From Desulfurococcales archaeon (lineage in GTDB: Archaea; Thermoproteota; Thermoprotei_A; Sulfolobales; Desulfurococcaceae), in contig JALVYU010000026.1 of assembly GCA_027022365.1 (NCBI GenBank), forward strand, positions 416,001 to 480,000: a stretch of DNA of 64,000 nucleotides, read 5' to 3'. Under the pieces are notes generated by a model. It did no database searches. It had not been told where the DNA came from and saw nothing but the letters and a program-made list of their open reading frames with translations. Of the stretch, positions 39,197 to 50,245 are shown one piece after another (the stretch's first letter is position 1; each line of letters begins with the position of its first letter). Both the position numbers and the translations under genes were made by a program.

Positions 39197-39706
39197 TTAT
39201 ATTATTTCCGCTAAACCTGTTGATATGAGTAAATCTATTATTATTGGGATACTTGATGCGAGGTAGGGAACTCTACTCAGACTCAGCGATTCTATTCCTG
39301 GTGAAATCTCACGTGTTCTCTCAAGAAGACTATAGGGGATATCGCTATGAATCCCTGAGAGGAACAATATTTTGTCATAATTCTTGCTTATGGATGTAAG
39401 CCGGGAGCGAAAATAATGAATACTTAGTGGAGCATTTTCAGTTAGATGAATTATGTATGCGTCTTTGATTATTTTTTGTAGAAACTCCTCGATCGAGGCT
39501 TTCTCATCATGGCACTTGTGTTGTTTATTTTTGCACACAACAAGATGCATGGAGTGCTTTCGAGGATAAACTATTATCAGATTATCTAGCATTGCTGTAT
39601 GTTTGAACGAATTGATTATTCTGGGTATAATATCGTATCTGTTAAAATCGGGTTTTGTCTCAATAAAAGCGATGTTATATTGGCTGAGGCTTTGGTTTTC
39701 TCTCAT
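39197..39706 (-). CDS. Divergent SPOUT/TrmY-like protein
   Basis: C-terminal FLSGIHSDIP...SLSLSRVPYLASSI resembles the SPOUT knot region. Confidence 0.45.
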   Translation of the reverse strand: MRENQSLSQYNIAFIETKPDFNRYDIIPRIINSFKHTAMLDNLIIVYPRKHSMHLVVCKNKQHKCHDEKASIEEFLQKIIKDAYIIHLTENAPLSIHYFRSRLTSISKNYDKILFLSGIHSDIPYSLLERTREISPGIESLSLSRVPYLASSIPIIIDLLISTGLAEII

Positions 39707-39977
39707 GCTCTGGTCTGACCTTTACTATTCCTAGGTGTACCGCACATGATACACAATAGCATTTTGTTACAGGGTATCTCATAATAATGGCGCCTTTTTT
39801 CTCTAATTCTCTGGCTAGCTGTGGATTGACTGGACTATACCATCTTGTAACGCATATAGCTTTATCTTTCGGTATAAGTCTTCCACAGTTGTCACATTGT
39901 ATGTACTCGACTCGGCCTTTGGAACCCTTATGTCTTCCTCGGCTCTCCCTTTTTTTAGGCATTATATCTCTCCTCAT
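39675..39977 (-). CDS. rps26e: 30S ribosomal protein S26e
   Basis: MPKKRESRGRHKG, CDNCG..PKDKA, YCVSCA. Confidence 0.95.
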   Translation of the reverse strand: MRRDIMPKKRESRGRHKGSKGRVEYIQCDNCGRLIPKDKAICVTRWYSPVNPQLARELEKKGAIIMRYPVTKCYCVSCAVHLGIVKVRPEHERKPKPQPI

Positions 39978-40050
39978 GTAATTTCTAGTGCTGATAATGG
40001 ATAATCGAAGAAGGGCAATATAAGTTATTATGTTTTAAATATTAGTGATG

Positions 40051-42627
40051 CTATTTGAAAAAGGATAGTGGGCTGAGCTTCATAACACCTATGATGTCCT
40101 CCCAACTAACACCTAGGGCTCCTAGAAGCTGGCTTAGAGCACCGTTAATAATTTCTATGTATTTATCTGGATCGATCTCGTAGAGTCGGGTGAGTTGAAC
40201 AGCTTTATATCCATCCCTAGACTTTACCTTGACAAAGATTATTAGGTCGCCGGGAGCCACATTTATTCCATGGCGTTTCAATTGTAGTGCGGCCTTAACA
40301 TGTGGGGGTTTATTCTTAGTATAGTTCTCTACGGGCTTTGTTAATCCTACCTTGAATGCAAGCTCGTTTAGCATGACTTCTTTATTTCGGAGTTTTCTAT
40401 AGAGTGTTTTCACTTGGTTTTCAAGCCATTCTTTTAACTCGACAAAATCCTCAGGGTCTTCTGCCTGTTTTAGCCTTTCAGTTAATTCTATGAATAGTTT
40501 CTTAAGGAATTCCGGTGTGTTTCTCTTTTTAGCCACCATCCCCTTGATCTCTATGCCTCCTTCAACGTATCTACCGATGTAGTTCTTCTTAAGACCCGAG
40601 AAAAGAGCGTATTTAAAGGTCTTATCCACATCTATTTCCAGACCTAGGTTCCTTGAGACCCACTCCTGTAGTTTAGCCAACTGCTCAGGAGTAGGATCCC
40701 ATAGGAATATAGAGTCTGTGTCGCCGTATAGGACCTTGACACCTATTTCGGCCGCCTTCCTTAATATGGCGTATAGGGATCTCCTACCTAATGCTGTAAC
40801 GCTCTCAGCCATTGATGGAGAGTAGAGAGGAAATGTTGATGCCCCAAATACGCCGTAGCTAGCATTTATGAATACTTTCATAGCCCGTTGAACTACGTCG
40901 TACCAGGTCCTTTGGTCCTCTGGTATGTCCTTACTTTTAGCTCTCTTTTTGTAGAGTCCTACACGGAAATCTCTCAGCAGGCCGGTTATCTGTGCAGTTA
41001 GGCCTGGACGACTTATGCAGACGAAGTGTATCTTCTTCCCCGTCTCATCTATAACGGGGATTCTCTGGTTTTCGGGACATTTTTCGTAATCCACGGTCTC
41101 GTAGCTCAGATTATATCTCTTTATTATGCTGGGATACAGCGATGCAACGTCAAGAACAGTTATATTGAAGAAGACTCCCTTCGGAGGCTCTATAACTAGC
41201 GCTCCAGCATATTTTTTGCCCTCGATTGTTGCTTGTGTTGTGCTTGATTTGCTATGTTTCTTTATGTCTTCCGGCTCCGGTATGAGATAGCCTAGTCTTC
41301 GATGCTCCCAGTAGAACTGGTTTTGGATCCATCTGGATATACTCTTTCGACATATATCTTCTATACTGGTCTTAGCAATACGAGCTAATAGGATCATGAG
41401 CCTCCATACAAGTTCTTTATTGAACAGTGTTAGTTGCAGCGTTATTAGGGCGTCTCTAAAGTTGTATGCTATTAGCCTGCCATAGGGGAGTTCTCCTATG
41501 TTTCCTTCGACCTCGAGCTTTGATATTCCCAGTAGTGCCGAGGCTATAGTGTCAAGGTTCTCCTCCTGGTATTTTCCACCGAATGCATAGGATTTAATTG
41601 AACGGTTCTTGAAGAATTTATATAGGTCTAAATGTATTGAAGATTCAATCTTTATCATGTCCTCATGAAATCTAAAAGGTAATAGTTCCTTCGGTATTCC
41701 GATCCTCAGGGCTCTATGATATAAGTAGTTTAGGTCGAAGTTATCGCCGTTAAATGTTATTATGATTGGATATGACGCGAGAACGCGGATTGCCTCCATT
41801 ATAAGAGCTTCTTCGCTATCATAGAACTCTATTGTAGCGTCCATGGGATATTCTTCAGGGATTTCTCCCCAGTGATGTTCTCGAGCAAGAAGTAGTACTC
41901 GTTTGTATCCATCGTTCCCGACAAAAGCAATACTAGTCACGGGATACTCTGCTGCGACGGGATGTGGCACTCTTCCCCTAAACGGGGTGTATACCTCGAT
42001 GTCTACAGCAACTCTTCTCGCTTTTGGCGGTTTTTCCTCGAATAATGGTAGCCATTGAAGGGCTAGCTTTCTTGTTTCTTCATCCTCTCCTCTGAATATG
42101 TTTTTAACAGTATTCACGACTTCTTGTGGTATTATTGGTTTGATTAAGTGGAATGGGTTTTTGGTATTAGTAGAGTTGACGCGATATCTCATGCCGGGGA
42201 TTAGTTGGTAGTCAAATACATAGTTCTCGTGATATTTGATATGTGCCTCCCATGCTCGGGGCACTTTTCCTCTAAGCTTAGCAACACTAAGTGGATCTTT
42301 AGTTATTATCTTTGTTAATTGTACTTCTTCATTAGTTAATGGATTTATCTTAGTTATGGTCTCAATAGAATCGAAACCAGGATGATTAATAATTTCTTTT
42401 ATTTTACTCACTTCGTTAGGAGGTAGATCTGTGAGAAAGTATGGTTTATGCCCTGCAGGATCGGGTAAATATATGAGTTTTCCTCCATCAAGACTAATGA
42501 ACTCAAGAACAGCTTTTCCTAGTTCACCGTCGTAAAACACGCCTAATAAATAGGCTTGTTCATCAAGCTTTTTAACCCTCCTATCCGGAACAAGTCGATA
42601 AACATCCTTTATTTTATCGATTTTCAA
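40051..42627 (-). CDS. polB1: DNA polymerase B1
   Basis: HKPYFLTD, WEAHIKYH, DIEV, LDVASLYPS, KVFINASYG, YGDTDS. Confidence 0.93.
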   Translation of the reverse strand: MKIDKIKDVYRLVPDRRVKKLDEQAYLLGVFYDGELGKAVLEFISLDGGKLIYLPDPAGHKPYFLTDLPPNEVSKIKEIINHPGFDSIETITKINPLTNEEVQLTKIITKDPLSVAKLRGKVPRAWEAHIKYHENYVFDYQLIPGMRYRVNSTNTKNPFHLIKPIIPQEVVNTVKNIFRGEDEETRKLALQWLPLFEEKPPKARRVAVDIEVYTPFRGRVPHPVAAEYPVTSIAFVGNDGYKRVLLLAREHHWGEIPEEYPMDATIEFYDSEEALIMEAIRVLASYPIIITFNGDNFDLNYLYHRALRIGIPKELLPFRFHEDMIKIESSIHLDLYKFFKNRSIKSYAFGGKYQEENLDTIASALLGISKLEVEGNIGELPYGRLIAYNFRDALITLQLTLFNKELVWRLMILLARIAKTSIEDICRKSISRWIQNQFYWEHRRLGYLIPEPEDIKKHSKSSTTQATIEGKKYAGALVIEPPKGVFFNITVLDVASLYPSIIKRYNLSYETVDYEKCPENQRIPVIDETGKKIHFVCISRPGLTAQITGLLRDFRVGLYKKRAKSKDIPEDQRTWYDVVQRAMKVFINASYGVFGASTFPLYSPSMAESVTALGRRSLYAILRKAAEIGVKVLYGDTDSIFLWDPTPEQLAKLQEWVSRNLGLEIDVDKTFKYALFSGLKKNYIGRYVEGGIEIKGMVAKKRNTPEFLKKLFIELTERLKQAEDPEDFVELKEWLENQVKTLYRKLRNKEVMLNELAFKVGLTKPVENYTKNKPPHVKAALQLKRHGINVAPGDLIIFVKVKSRDGYKAVQLTRLYEIDPDKYIEIINGALSQLLGALGVSWEDIIGVMKLSPLSFFK

Positions 42628-42634
42628 TGATTAT

Positions 42635-43000
42635 TTACCCCATACTCTTTAGTTTCAATAATGCTTCAGCTATATCACCTTTTGCCTCAATGAGCGCTTT
42701 CTTTGCTTCTTCTTTGGAAACACCTGTTTGTGAGACAATGAATTCTACATCTTCATCGCTGATTTCGATCTCTACTTCTTCCTCTAGTGACTCTTCGTGT
42801 AGGCTACCGCCTGTTATCTGAAATATATTGGTGCCTCTAGCAAACATTTGGATGACTTGGGGCGAGTCTATTACTATCTTTTTCGTTGAGAGTATTATTT
42901 CAACTCTTTTTACATCTTCGAGTTCTCGTAGTTCTATCCCCATTCTTTTTAAAGCCCGTCTTAGTTCTCTTGGACTCATTCCCGGTAGCATCTTACACAC
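42635..43000 (-). CDS. nac: Nascent polypeptide-associated complex
   Basis: NAC domain plus C-terminal UBA (EDVEFIVSQTGVS...GDIAEA). Confidence 0.93.
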   Translation of the reverse strand: MCKMLPGMSPRELRRALKRMGIELRELEDVKRVEIILSTKKIVIDSPQVIQMFARGTNIFQITGGSLHEESLEEEVEIEISDEDVEFIVSQTGVSKEEAKKALIEAKGDIAEALLKLKSMG

Positions 43001-43130
43001 CTATTTCTTTTATCCTTCTCTATTCTAATAACTAGCTGGTCTTAAAGGATATTATCCATAATTAAGGAATGCATGCGAAGATACTATTAATAGTGGGATA
43101 GTTTGTAGTCTGTTACGATGGTGTTAAATC

Positions 43131-44408
43131 ATGGCAAAAATAAAGATTCTCGGTGGAGGCGGCGAAGTCGGGAGGGCCGCTTACTTGGTTAGTGATCGGG
43201 GCCAGAATATCCTTCTTGATTATGGAGTTAATTTCGACGAGAACGACAGGCCGCAGTTCCCGGGACATGTGAGACCTATAGATCTAACAGGTATTGTTAT
43301 CACACATGCTCATCTAGATCACATAGGGGCAGCCCCCATCCTCTATATTACTGGTCATCCACCAATAGTTATGACGAAACCAACCCTTGATATTGGTCGT
43401 TTACTTATCAGAGATTTTCTCAAGATAAACGCGTTCTACATAGATTATGATCTTGAGGAAGTCGAAAATATGAGTACAAAAACAATTGCTGTAGAATATG
43501 GTCAGGAGATAGAGCTTGGTGGGTTCAGAGTTCTACTAACGAGTGCGGGACACATACTTGGGAGTTCCATGGTGTATCTGGAGACCCCTTCGGGGCATAG
43601 AATCCTTTACACTGGTGATATCAATACTATTCAGACATGGACTTTGTCAAAAGCGGAATTATGGCCAATAAAGATAGATACTCTGATCATTGAGTCGACT
43701 TATGGTAGCACTAAGCACCCTCCTCGTCATGAAACCGAGCATCGTTTGGCTGGTGTTATAGAAGAGGTGCTGGATTCCGGTGGAACTGTCTTAATACCGG
43801 CATTTAGTGTTGGGAGAACACAGGAAGTCATGTGTCTTGTCCATGCAGAGGTTCCTGGGGCAGATATCTTCATAGATGGGATGAGTAGAGAGATCACTAG
43901 TATTTACTTAAGACATAAGACATATCTTCGCGACCCGGGTCTCTTCGAAAAAGTCGTTGAACATGTGAAGTTTGTCAGAGGATGGCAGGATAGGCGAAAG
44001 ATCTGGCGTAGACCAGCAGTGATTATTTCTTCTGCTGGAATGCTGAAGGGAGGCCCTAGTGTTTATTACTTGAAGAAAATCGGTGATAACCCGAGTAATG
44101 CCGTATATTTAGTTAGCTACCAGGCCGTAGATAGTCCAGGCCATAAGCTTCTGGAGACGGGAGGCATAGACGAGTTCGGGATCGATAGGGTTAATGCCCG
44201 TGTAGAATGGTTCGACTTGTCTAGTCATGCTGGTAAGGACGGCTTGTTGGATGTTGTGAAACGATATAAGAATGTTGTCCAAAACATCATCATCGTTCAT
44301 GGGGAACCTGATTCATCGAGTAATCTCGAGAGAATAATTCGTGAAGAAATAGGTGAAGATATTAGCGTATTTAGGCCGCTGAATGGCGACGAGATAGTTC
44401 TCGATTAA
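43131..44408 (+). CDS. MBL/beta-CASP ribonuclease (aCPSF2-like)
   Basis: THAHLDHIG, AGHILGS, YTGD, ESTYG, PAFSVGRTQE, SSHA, VHGE. Confidence 0.9.
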   Translation: MAKIKILGGGGEVGRAAYLVSDRGQNILLDYGVNFDENDRPQFPGHVRPIDLTGIVITHAHLDHIGAAPILYITGHPPIVMTKPTLDIGRLLIRDFLKINAFYIDYDLEEVENMSTKTIAVEYGQEIELGGFRVLLTSAGHILGSSMVYLETPSGHRILYTGDINTIQTWTLSKAELWPIKIDTLIIESTYGSTKHPPRHETEHRLAGVIEEVLDSGGTVLIPAFSVGRTQEVMCLVHAEVPGADIFIDGMSREITSIYLRHKTYLRDPGLFEKVVEHVKFVRGWQDRRKIWRRPAVIISSAGMLKGGPSVYYLKKIGDNPSNAVYLVSYQAVDSPGHKLLETGGIDEFGIDRVNARVEWFDLSSHAGKDGLLDVVKRYKNVVQNIIIVHGEPDSSSNLERIIREEIGEDISVFRPLNGDEIVLD

Positions 44409-44417
44409 AAACATTGA

Positions 44418-44627
44418 TTAGAACTCAACTACTTCAGGGCAGTTCAGTTCTCCCAGCACCTTGTCGACTTCACTGATAGGTATAACTAGGGTAACGAGCT
44501 TGCGTTTCGTGCGCACCTTGATCTTGGCTTTTCCGCTTTTCTCATCCCTTACAACCCTGCATTCTATAGCTTGCGGAATGTATTGTTTGAGCTCATCGAC
44601 ACTGCTTACCTGTATAGGAGCCAACAC
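44418..44627 (-). CDS. rpl38e: 50S ribosomal protein L38e
   Basis: ECRV...KIKVRTKRKLVTLV pattern. Confidence 0.8.
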   Translation of the reverse strand: MLAPIQVSSVDELKQYIPQAIECRVVRDEKSGKAKIKVRTKRKLVTLVIPISEVDKVLGELNCPEVVEF

Positions 44628-44694
44628 TATTTACCTCCAGCATCATTTGCTGTTCTTGCTACGAGAACTTCACGTTTACGATGATTTAAAAAGG

Positions 44695-44796
44695 TGGCGC
44701 CGGGGCGGGGATTCGAACCCCGGACCACCGGGTCTCTGCCAGGCTTCGAACCCGTGGTTAACAGCCCGGCGCTCTACCTGGCTGAGCTACCCCGGC
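44695..44796 (-). tRNA. tRNA-Asn(GTT) with a 25-nt intron (44734-44758), CCA encoded
   Basis: Cloverleaf; BHB CTGT-TAA / GCAG-AGA. Confidence 0.93.
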
Positions 44797-44893
44797 TCCG
44801 GCTATTTGATAATACTGTGTTGGGTTTTATTGTTTTCGGGAGATTCTGAAATATTTTCGTCGACCCCTCTACCATAAATATGCTATCAGGTTA

Positions 44894-45169
44894 GTGGGTG
44901 GGCTAGTATTGGCTCGATACACTGTCAATGTAACCATAGATTTGAGGCTACTAGCAATTAAGCTAAGGGAGAGCGGTAAAAGATTTGTCAAAGTCCATGA
45001 GATAGCATATGATCTGGCCGTCTCACCAAGGACTGCTGGAAAGATTCTCAACAGTATGGCGAGGCTAGGCTATCTTATCAAATGGAGTGATAGTGTGTAT
45101 ATGGTAGTCTATGAAAAACCGAGGAGAAATATTGGTATCTCCGACGACGTTATCGCTAGAAACCTATGA
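44894..45169 (+). CDS. Small winged-helix protein
   Basis: [29 protein letters not shown] pattern. Confidence 0.6.
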   Translation: MGGLVLARYTVNVTIDLRLLAIKLRESGKRFVKVHEIAYDLAVSPRTAGKILNSMARLGYLIKWSDSVYMVVYEKPRRNIGISDDVIARNL

Positions 45170-47375
45170 AGTCCTCCGGCTTCGGCGGCTCTGGCTTCAG
45201 GCCTTTACGCTCTCTGATCTTTCTCACTATATCCATCAACATGCTGTCAGGTACAGGCGCCCATCTACTGAACTCTTGTCCCCAGATAGCCTTGCCAGCA
45301 GTTGCTCCTCTCAGTTGTTCGGCTAAATCAAATGTCTCAGCGACGGGGATTTCCGCCAAGATCCTTGCGACTGGTCCCTGCTGGGAGACCTGCAATATTT
45401 TACCTCTCTTTTTCGTTATTATCGTTGTTATGTTGCCTAGGTACTCTATAGGCGCCTTTATATCGAGCTTCTGTATAGGCTCTAGTAGTGTGGGCTTAGC
45501 GGTTAACATGCCAGCGTAGATGGCGTTTCTTATTGCGGGATAGATCTGTCCTGGGCCACGGTGTGCGGGGTCTTCATGTACTACTGCATCGTGGAGCTTG
45601 ACCTTGACTCCTCTTACAGGCTCCATTGCTAGCGGTCCTTCACGCATGGCTAGTCTGAAGCCCTGTATGATAGTGTCTTTGACCTCGCGTAGGTGTTGTA
45701 CGCCCGAGGTTAGGTCTATGAATACATTGATTGTCTCGTCAATGGCCCATATCCTTCTTGCTTCATCAGCGGGCCATCCTGCCTGTTCACGCAATATCTT
45801 GGCACGCTCTTTTGCATCCATATCTTCGGTTATTATGCCATCGTGAATTAGCTGTATAGTCTTCTCGTCGAGAGGCTCGACGCTTATGTAGAACTTGTTG
45901 TGCTTGTTGGGTGATTTGCCTTCAAATATCTTGCTGGCGGCTCTTATGCTCTCACGGTATACGATTACTGGTGGTGAAGCAACTACTTCTAACCCGTAGT
46001 TCTCCTTCAGGAATGTCAGCGCTATTTCGATATGGAGGGGACCCATACCGCTTAATAGATATTCCCCTGTCTCCTCGTTGATCCTTACGACCAGGCTTGG
46101 ATCCTCAATGCTTAGCTTATGGAGAGCCTCTATTAGTTTTGGCAGGTCGCGTGGGTTCTTTGGCTCTATAGCTACGGTTACCACGGGCTCACTGATAGTT
46201 CTTAATTTTTCGAACGGCACCATTACGTCCTGATACTTTATATCTACAACGGTCTCTCCCGCTCTGGCTTTATCTAATCCTAATACGGCAGCAATGTTTC
46301 CTGCAACTATTTCGTCGGCTATTTCTCTGTATGGACCCATGTAGAGGCTTACCTGCAGGATCTTCTGTTTAGTCCGTGCGTTGACAAGCCATACTTCTTC
46401 GCCGGGGCGTAGTGTTCCTGAGAATACTCGTCCTGTTCCTACGAGTCCTGCGTGGGGATCTATGCGCATGTCATTAATAAGCATTACAACGGGCCCGTTA
46501 GGATCTGCTTCGAGCATTGCTTTTCCAATCTCGCTATTGAGGTCTCCATGCCAGATCTTCGGGATCCTGTATTTCTGGGCTTCTCTCGGGTTTGGTATGA
46601 ATTTCACAACCATATCCAGTATTGCTTCATGTAATGGTGCGAGTTTCTGTAGCTCTGGAAGGGCGTCTTTACCCTTCTTGTAGAGATCTATTATGTCGCT
46701 AAACTTAATTCCACGCTGCTTGGCCATTGGGACTGTGAAGCCCCACCTGTCACGTGCGGAGCCAAAAGCAACATGTCCTTTTGCAGGATCTAATTGCCAC
46801 TTAGCCTTGAACTCCGGGTCGGCGTACATTGATATTAGCTGGTTAACTTCTTTTATTATTTGTATGAATCTTTGTTGTATCTCTTGAGGACTTAGCCTGA
46901 GCTCCTTGATCAGCCTGTCTACCTTGTTGATAAATAGCACTGGTCGTACACGTTCTTCGAGAGCCATTCGTAGGTACATCTCTGTCTGGGTCATTACGCC
47001 CTCAACAGCATCAACAACTAGAATAGCACCATCTAGTACCCTTAGGCTTCTGGTAGTCTTGGCCGAGAAGTCCACGTGGCCTGGAGTGTCTATCAGGTTA
47101 ATAACATATGGTTTTCCTCGGTACTCGTGATATAGGCTCACGTTTGCTGACTTTACAGTGATCCCTCTCTTCTGCTCTACATCTAGGTAGTCAAGCGCTA
47201 GAGCTTGTCCTGCGATCTTCTCTGAGATTATTCCTGCCGCTGCTAGTAGCGAGTCTGATAATGTGGTCTTACCGTGGTCGACGTGAGCGGTTATACCAAT
47301 GTTTCTTACTTGTTCAAGATTTTTCATTATCCTGAGTATTTCAGCTACTTGTTTGTATCTAGGCATACCCATCAA
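45156..47375 (-). CDS. fusA: Elongation factor 2
   Basis: [25 protein letters not shown], diphthamide loop HEDPAHRG. Confidence 0.97.
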   Translation of the reverse strand: MMGMPRYKQVAEILRIMKNLEQVRNIGITAHVDHGKTTLSDSLLAAAGIISEKIAGQALALDYLDVEQKRGITVKSANVSLYHEYRGKPYVINLIDTPGHVDFSAKTTRSLRVLDGAILVVDAVEGVMTQTEMYLRMALEERVRPVLFINKVDRLIKELRLSPQEIQQRFIQIIKEVNQLISMYADPEFKAKWQLDPAKGHVAFGSARDRWGFTVPMAKQRGIKFSDIIDLYKKGKDALPELQKLAPLHEAILDMVVKFIPNPREAQKYRIPKIWHGDLNSEIGKAMLEADPNGPVVMLINDMRIDPHAGLVGTGRVFSGTLRPGEEVWLVNARTKQKILQVSLYMGPYREIADEIVAGNIAAVLGLDKARAGETVVDIKYQDVMVPFEKLRTISEPVVTVAIEPKNPRDLPKLIEALHKLSIEDPSLVVRINEETGEYLLSGMGPLHIEIALTFLKENYGLEVVASPPVIVYRESIRAASKIFEGKSPNKHNKFYISVEPLDEKTIQLIHDGIITEDMDAKERAKILREQAGWPADEARRIWAIDETINVFIDLTSGVQHLREVKDTIIQGFRLAMREGPLAMEPVRGVKVKLHDAVVHEDPAHRGPGQIYPAIRNAIYAGMLTAKPTLLEPIQKLDIKAPIEYLGNITTIITKKRGKILQVSQQGPVARILAEIPVAETFDLAEQLRGATAGKAIWGQEFSRWAPVPDSMLMDIVRKIRERKGLKPEPPKPEDFIGF

Positions 47376-47430
47376 CCTTGCACTTGGCCTGTTAAATATA
47401 CTTCATTGGGTTGAAAATGTTGGTAACGGA

Positions 47431-48513
47431 TTATAAAGCTTGTTTGCTTATTCGTAATATCTTTTTCTCTAAAATCCTATGTATTATGGTGACTACATAT
47501 GTGAAATCATACTTAGCCGCTCCTTCGGCAACAGCTGCTGTGTCATGTCCTCCCCCTACACCACCGAGAAGCTCTCCTAAGTGAGGCATTAGATCTCTTC
47601 CTAGACTAATCCCTGTGCTTTTCACGAATGATTGTTTTGCCCTACCAACTACCCTAAGGTTCTTCTTCCGTTTTGATATAATAAACGCTGCATCCGCTCC
47701 TAAATCTAGAATAGCACGTGCACAACTCGACTCATATGCACTTACATGACTATATCCTATGATCCAATCCCCAATTCTTCTGATTACTAACCTTTGGGCC
47801 GCTTTCAGTCTCGCCATTCGCTCGGCAAAAGGCATTTCATGCTGGAGAACCGATTGTGCTTTTGGATAGTCTGCGTTAAAAATCGAAATTAGATTATATA
47901 CTGTTGCGAAAGTCTCTCTTGTCGCATAGAAAAATCGTCGCGTATCATAAAGTATTCCTGCCAAAAGCAGGGTTGCTGTCTCCTTACACAGGCTTAGTCC
48001 CGACGACAGTATTATCTTGGCTACTATTTCTGATGTGCTGCGAGCACTTTGATCGGTTATTGAAATAGATGCGTTTCTGCATAGTTTGCCTGGACGATGA
48101 TGATCTATTAATATATATGGTTTTGTAGCGATAGAATGTGCTAATTCACCTAGTTGTTCCGGATTATTTGTGTCGACTATAATGAACACATCAATATTTA
48201 TGGGAGGTTTTTCGCCCTTCTTAAGATCGAGAATATGACGTTTATACATCTCAATAAAGTTAAGTTCTTGTAAAATGTACTTTGAGATTTCGTTCATCCC
48301 CTCGGGCAGAACTATATATGTATTTATCTTCATTTTGGATAATAATTCGTGTAGAGCGATTGCGGAAGCAATTGCATCGGGATCAGCGTTTCGATGGACT
48401 AATATAAATATATTTTTCCCAACAAACTCTGTGAAGAGTTTTTCAAGAAGTTTTTCTATATTTTTGGAGTTCCTGTTCCAATATTTTTCTAGCCACATTA
48501 ACTGCATCCCCAA
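47431..48513 (-). CDS. DHH phosphoesterase (NrnA-like)
   Basis: HRNADPDA, VD, IDHH, YDT, GGGH. Confidence 0.9.
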   Translation of the reverse strand: MGMQLMWLEKYWNRNSKNIEKLLEKLFTEFVGKNIFILVHRNADPDAIASAIALHELLSKMKINTYIVLPEGMNEISKYILQELNFIEMYKRHILDLKKGEKPPINIDVFIIVDTNNPEQLGELAHSIATKPYILIDHHRPGKLCRNASISITDQSARSTSEIVAKIILSSGLSLCKETATLLLAGILYDTRRFFYATRETFATVYNLISIFNADYPKAQSVLQHEMPFAERMARLKAAQRLVIRRIGDWIIGYSHVSAYESSCARAILDLGADAAFIISKRKKNLRVVGRAKQSFVKSTGISLGRDLMPHLGELLGGVGGGHDTAAVAEGAAKYDFTYVVTIIHRILEKKILRISKQAL

Positions 48514-48757
48514 CTATAGCGTCGTAATCTATTATTCCAGCGAATTCTCCGTTCAAAATAATGTCTATACTGAAATTGATTCTTTTTCCATCATTTTCCA
48601 GAAGTATTATAACATCATAATCTGTTTTTGGGGGCACTTGTTTTTCAATAAAAGATTTTACTTCTTTCTCGATCTTTTCAGCAATAGATGATAGAATATC
48701 TTGATCGATAAGGTCTAGGTTAAGACCTATGGTTTTCTCCTTTTTACTGACCAACAC
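48443..48757 (-). CDS. Conserved hypothetical protein (DUF3194-like)
   Basis: Located after prefoldin beta with overlapping start/stop. Confidence 0.6.
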   Translation of the reverse strand: MLVSKKEKTIGLNLDLIDQDILSSIAEKIEKEVKSFIEKQVPPKTDYDVIILLENDGKRINFSIDIILNGEFAGIIDYDAIVGDAVNVARKILEQELQKYRKTS

Positions 48758-49112
48758 TCATCCCATATTTAGATAGCAGTTCTTTTAGCTTTGATTCAGT
48801 ATCACTTATTTGTTTCGCTAGGATATCCAATTGGTTCTTATATTTTGTTTTCTTTATTTCTAGAAGCTCTTTCTTTTCTTCAAGCTCTTTCATTATATCT
48901 TCTTTCTTTTTCTTGACCATTACATGGCCTACTAGTTTGTATATTTCTGCGTCCTCGGGTAGATCCTTAATGTTGCTGAGTATTTGCTCTATCTCCGCTA
49001 GTTCGCTCTCAACTATTTTTAGTTCCGCTTCAAGTTTTGCATATGTTTCTCTGAGTGTTTGATAACTAATCAGGGTCTGTTGGACCTCGGGTGGGAGTTT
49101 TTGTTGGCTCAT
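48744..49112 (-). CDS. pfdB: Prefoldin beta subunit
   Basis: LPPEVQ; coiled coils around IYKLVGHVMV. Confidence 0.92.
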   Translation of the reverse strand: MSQQKLPPEVQQTLISYQTLRETYAKLEAELKIVESELAEIEQILSNIKDLPEDAEIYKLVGHVMVKKKKEDIMKELEEKKELLEIKKTKYKNQLDILAKQISDTESKLKELLSKYGMSVGQ

Positions 49113-49356
49113 TTTCTAGCACCTCTAAGCAATGGAGAAGCATTGATATAACGTTAAGGTAGCTATTCAGTAGCGCTCTTAAAAGGTTTATTCGTCTGCA
49201 TGAGATAATAATTCTTATTCTGTTCTTATTATTCAGTATAATCCTACATTCTCTAGGTACATCGTGTGTGTCAGGAAATATTGAGCTAATTAGGGATTTA
49301 ACAAATAAGGGCTCACTTACAGTTATCTTCAGTCCAACCTCATATTCTCCTGTCAA
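49066..49356 (-). CDS. pcc1: KEOPS subunit Pcc1
   Basis: SIFPD...LLRALLNSYL; exosome operon context. Confidence 0.8.
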   Translation of the reverse strand: MTGEYEVGLKITVSEPLFVKSLISSIFPDTHDVPRECRIILNNKNRIRIIISCRRINLLRALLNSYLNVISMLLHCLEVLENEPTKTPTRGPTDPD

Positions 49357-49888
49357 CCTTTTTTACCTTCGATACTTTTATAACGGGCCCGCATACCTTT
49401 TTGTAAGCATTAACAAATTCGATTATCGTAAGGTTTGTAGTATCTTTCAACACGATCTCTATATCATAGTCATCATTATCTATGCAGTTGAATAATAATT
49501 CGGTAAATATGTCTGCTAGGCTGAAGCAACGCTCACTTCCGCAGAGATCATAGCTCACCCTATATTTTTCGGCTCCATAAGTTTTAATGGCATTAGGATT
49601 TTCTCTTGAGAGGGCCACTCCTTTGAGCATAATAGAATACTTATGTATTAGTGTGGGATATTTTGTTGTACTATCAATATAGAAGATCTTAATTAATGAG
49701 GGATTACCGTGTTTTTCGCTAATGACTAATATGTGTTTAGCCTTTAGTCCATATCCTATTACTGAGAGATCTTTAAGTGTTTTCTTACCTCGGGTAACAA
49801 CTTTTGCTCCTGGCAGGATGCTGGCAAGATCCTTGGCAAAGCTTCTGGTACGTTGGCTCGGTTTATGTGATGTCGTTACTATGATCAA
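49340..49888 (-). CDS. Brix domain (Imp4-like) protein
   Basis: TTSHKPSQRTRSFAKDL, RGKK, HGNP, GP. Confidence 0.9.
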   Translation of the reverse strand: MIIVTTSHKPSQRTRSFAKDLASILPGAKVVTRGKKTLKDLSVIGYGLKAKHILVISEKHGNPSLIKIFYIDSTTKYPTLIHKYSIMLKGVALSRENPNAIKTYGAEKYRVSYDLCGSERCFSLADIFTELLFNCIDNDDYDIEIVLKDTTNLTIIEFVNAYKKVCGPVIKVSKVKKVDRRI

Positions 49889-49961
49889 TTAGCATCACTT
49901 GGCTTTTCCCTAGAAAACAAAGATGGCACAGATATGCAAATATTATAGGGAAACAGTATTG

Positions 49962-50234
49962 TTACTCCCTTATAATATATTTGGGGAAGTATTTGCTTAG
50001 CTCGGTTCTCGGCACATATGCTCCTCCTGCCCATTTTGCACCGCATTTCTTGCATGTCCATATTCCTACGCTAATCCTGTAGACCTTGCCTCTTGAGCCA
50101 CAGAAGGGACATATATGGTCTGCATATCTTCTCGCTAATATATCTCTGACTTTCTTTCTTAGTGTGGAACCATATCTTGCACCATATCTACCAGCTATGC
50201 CGACCACACGTGTTCTTTTCGCCACTGGCACCAC
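49962..50234 (-). CDS. rpl37ae: 50S ribosomal protein L37Ae
   Basis: GRYGARYGSTLRK, CPFC, GIWTCKKC, GGAY. Confidence 0.96.
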   Translation of the reverse strand: MVPVAKRTRVVGIAGRYGARYGSTLRKKVRDILARRYADHICPFCGSRGKVYRISVGIWTCKKCGAKWAGGAYVPRTELSKYFPKYIIRE

Positions 50235-50245
50235 CTATTCTGCAT

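Noticed and set aside
26652-42627. Inteins in the polymerases
   Set aside because: Both PolB proteins have normal lengths and contiguous motifs
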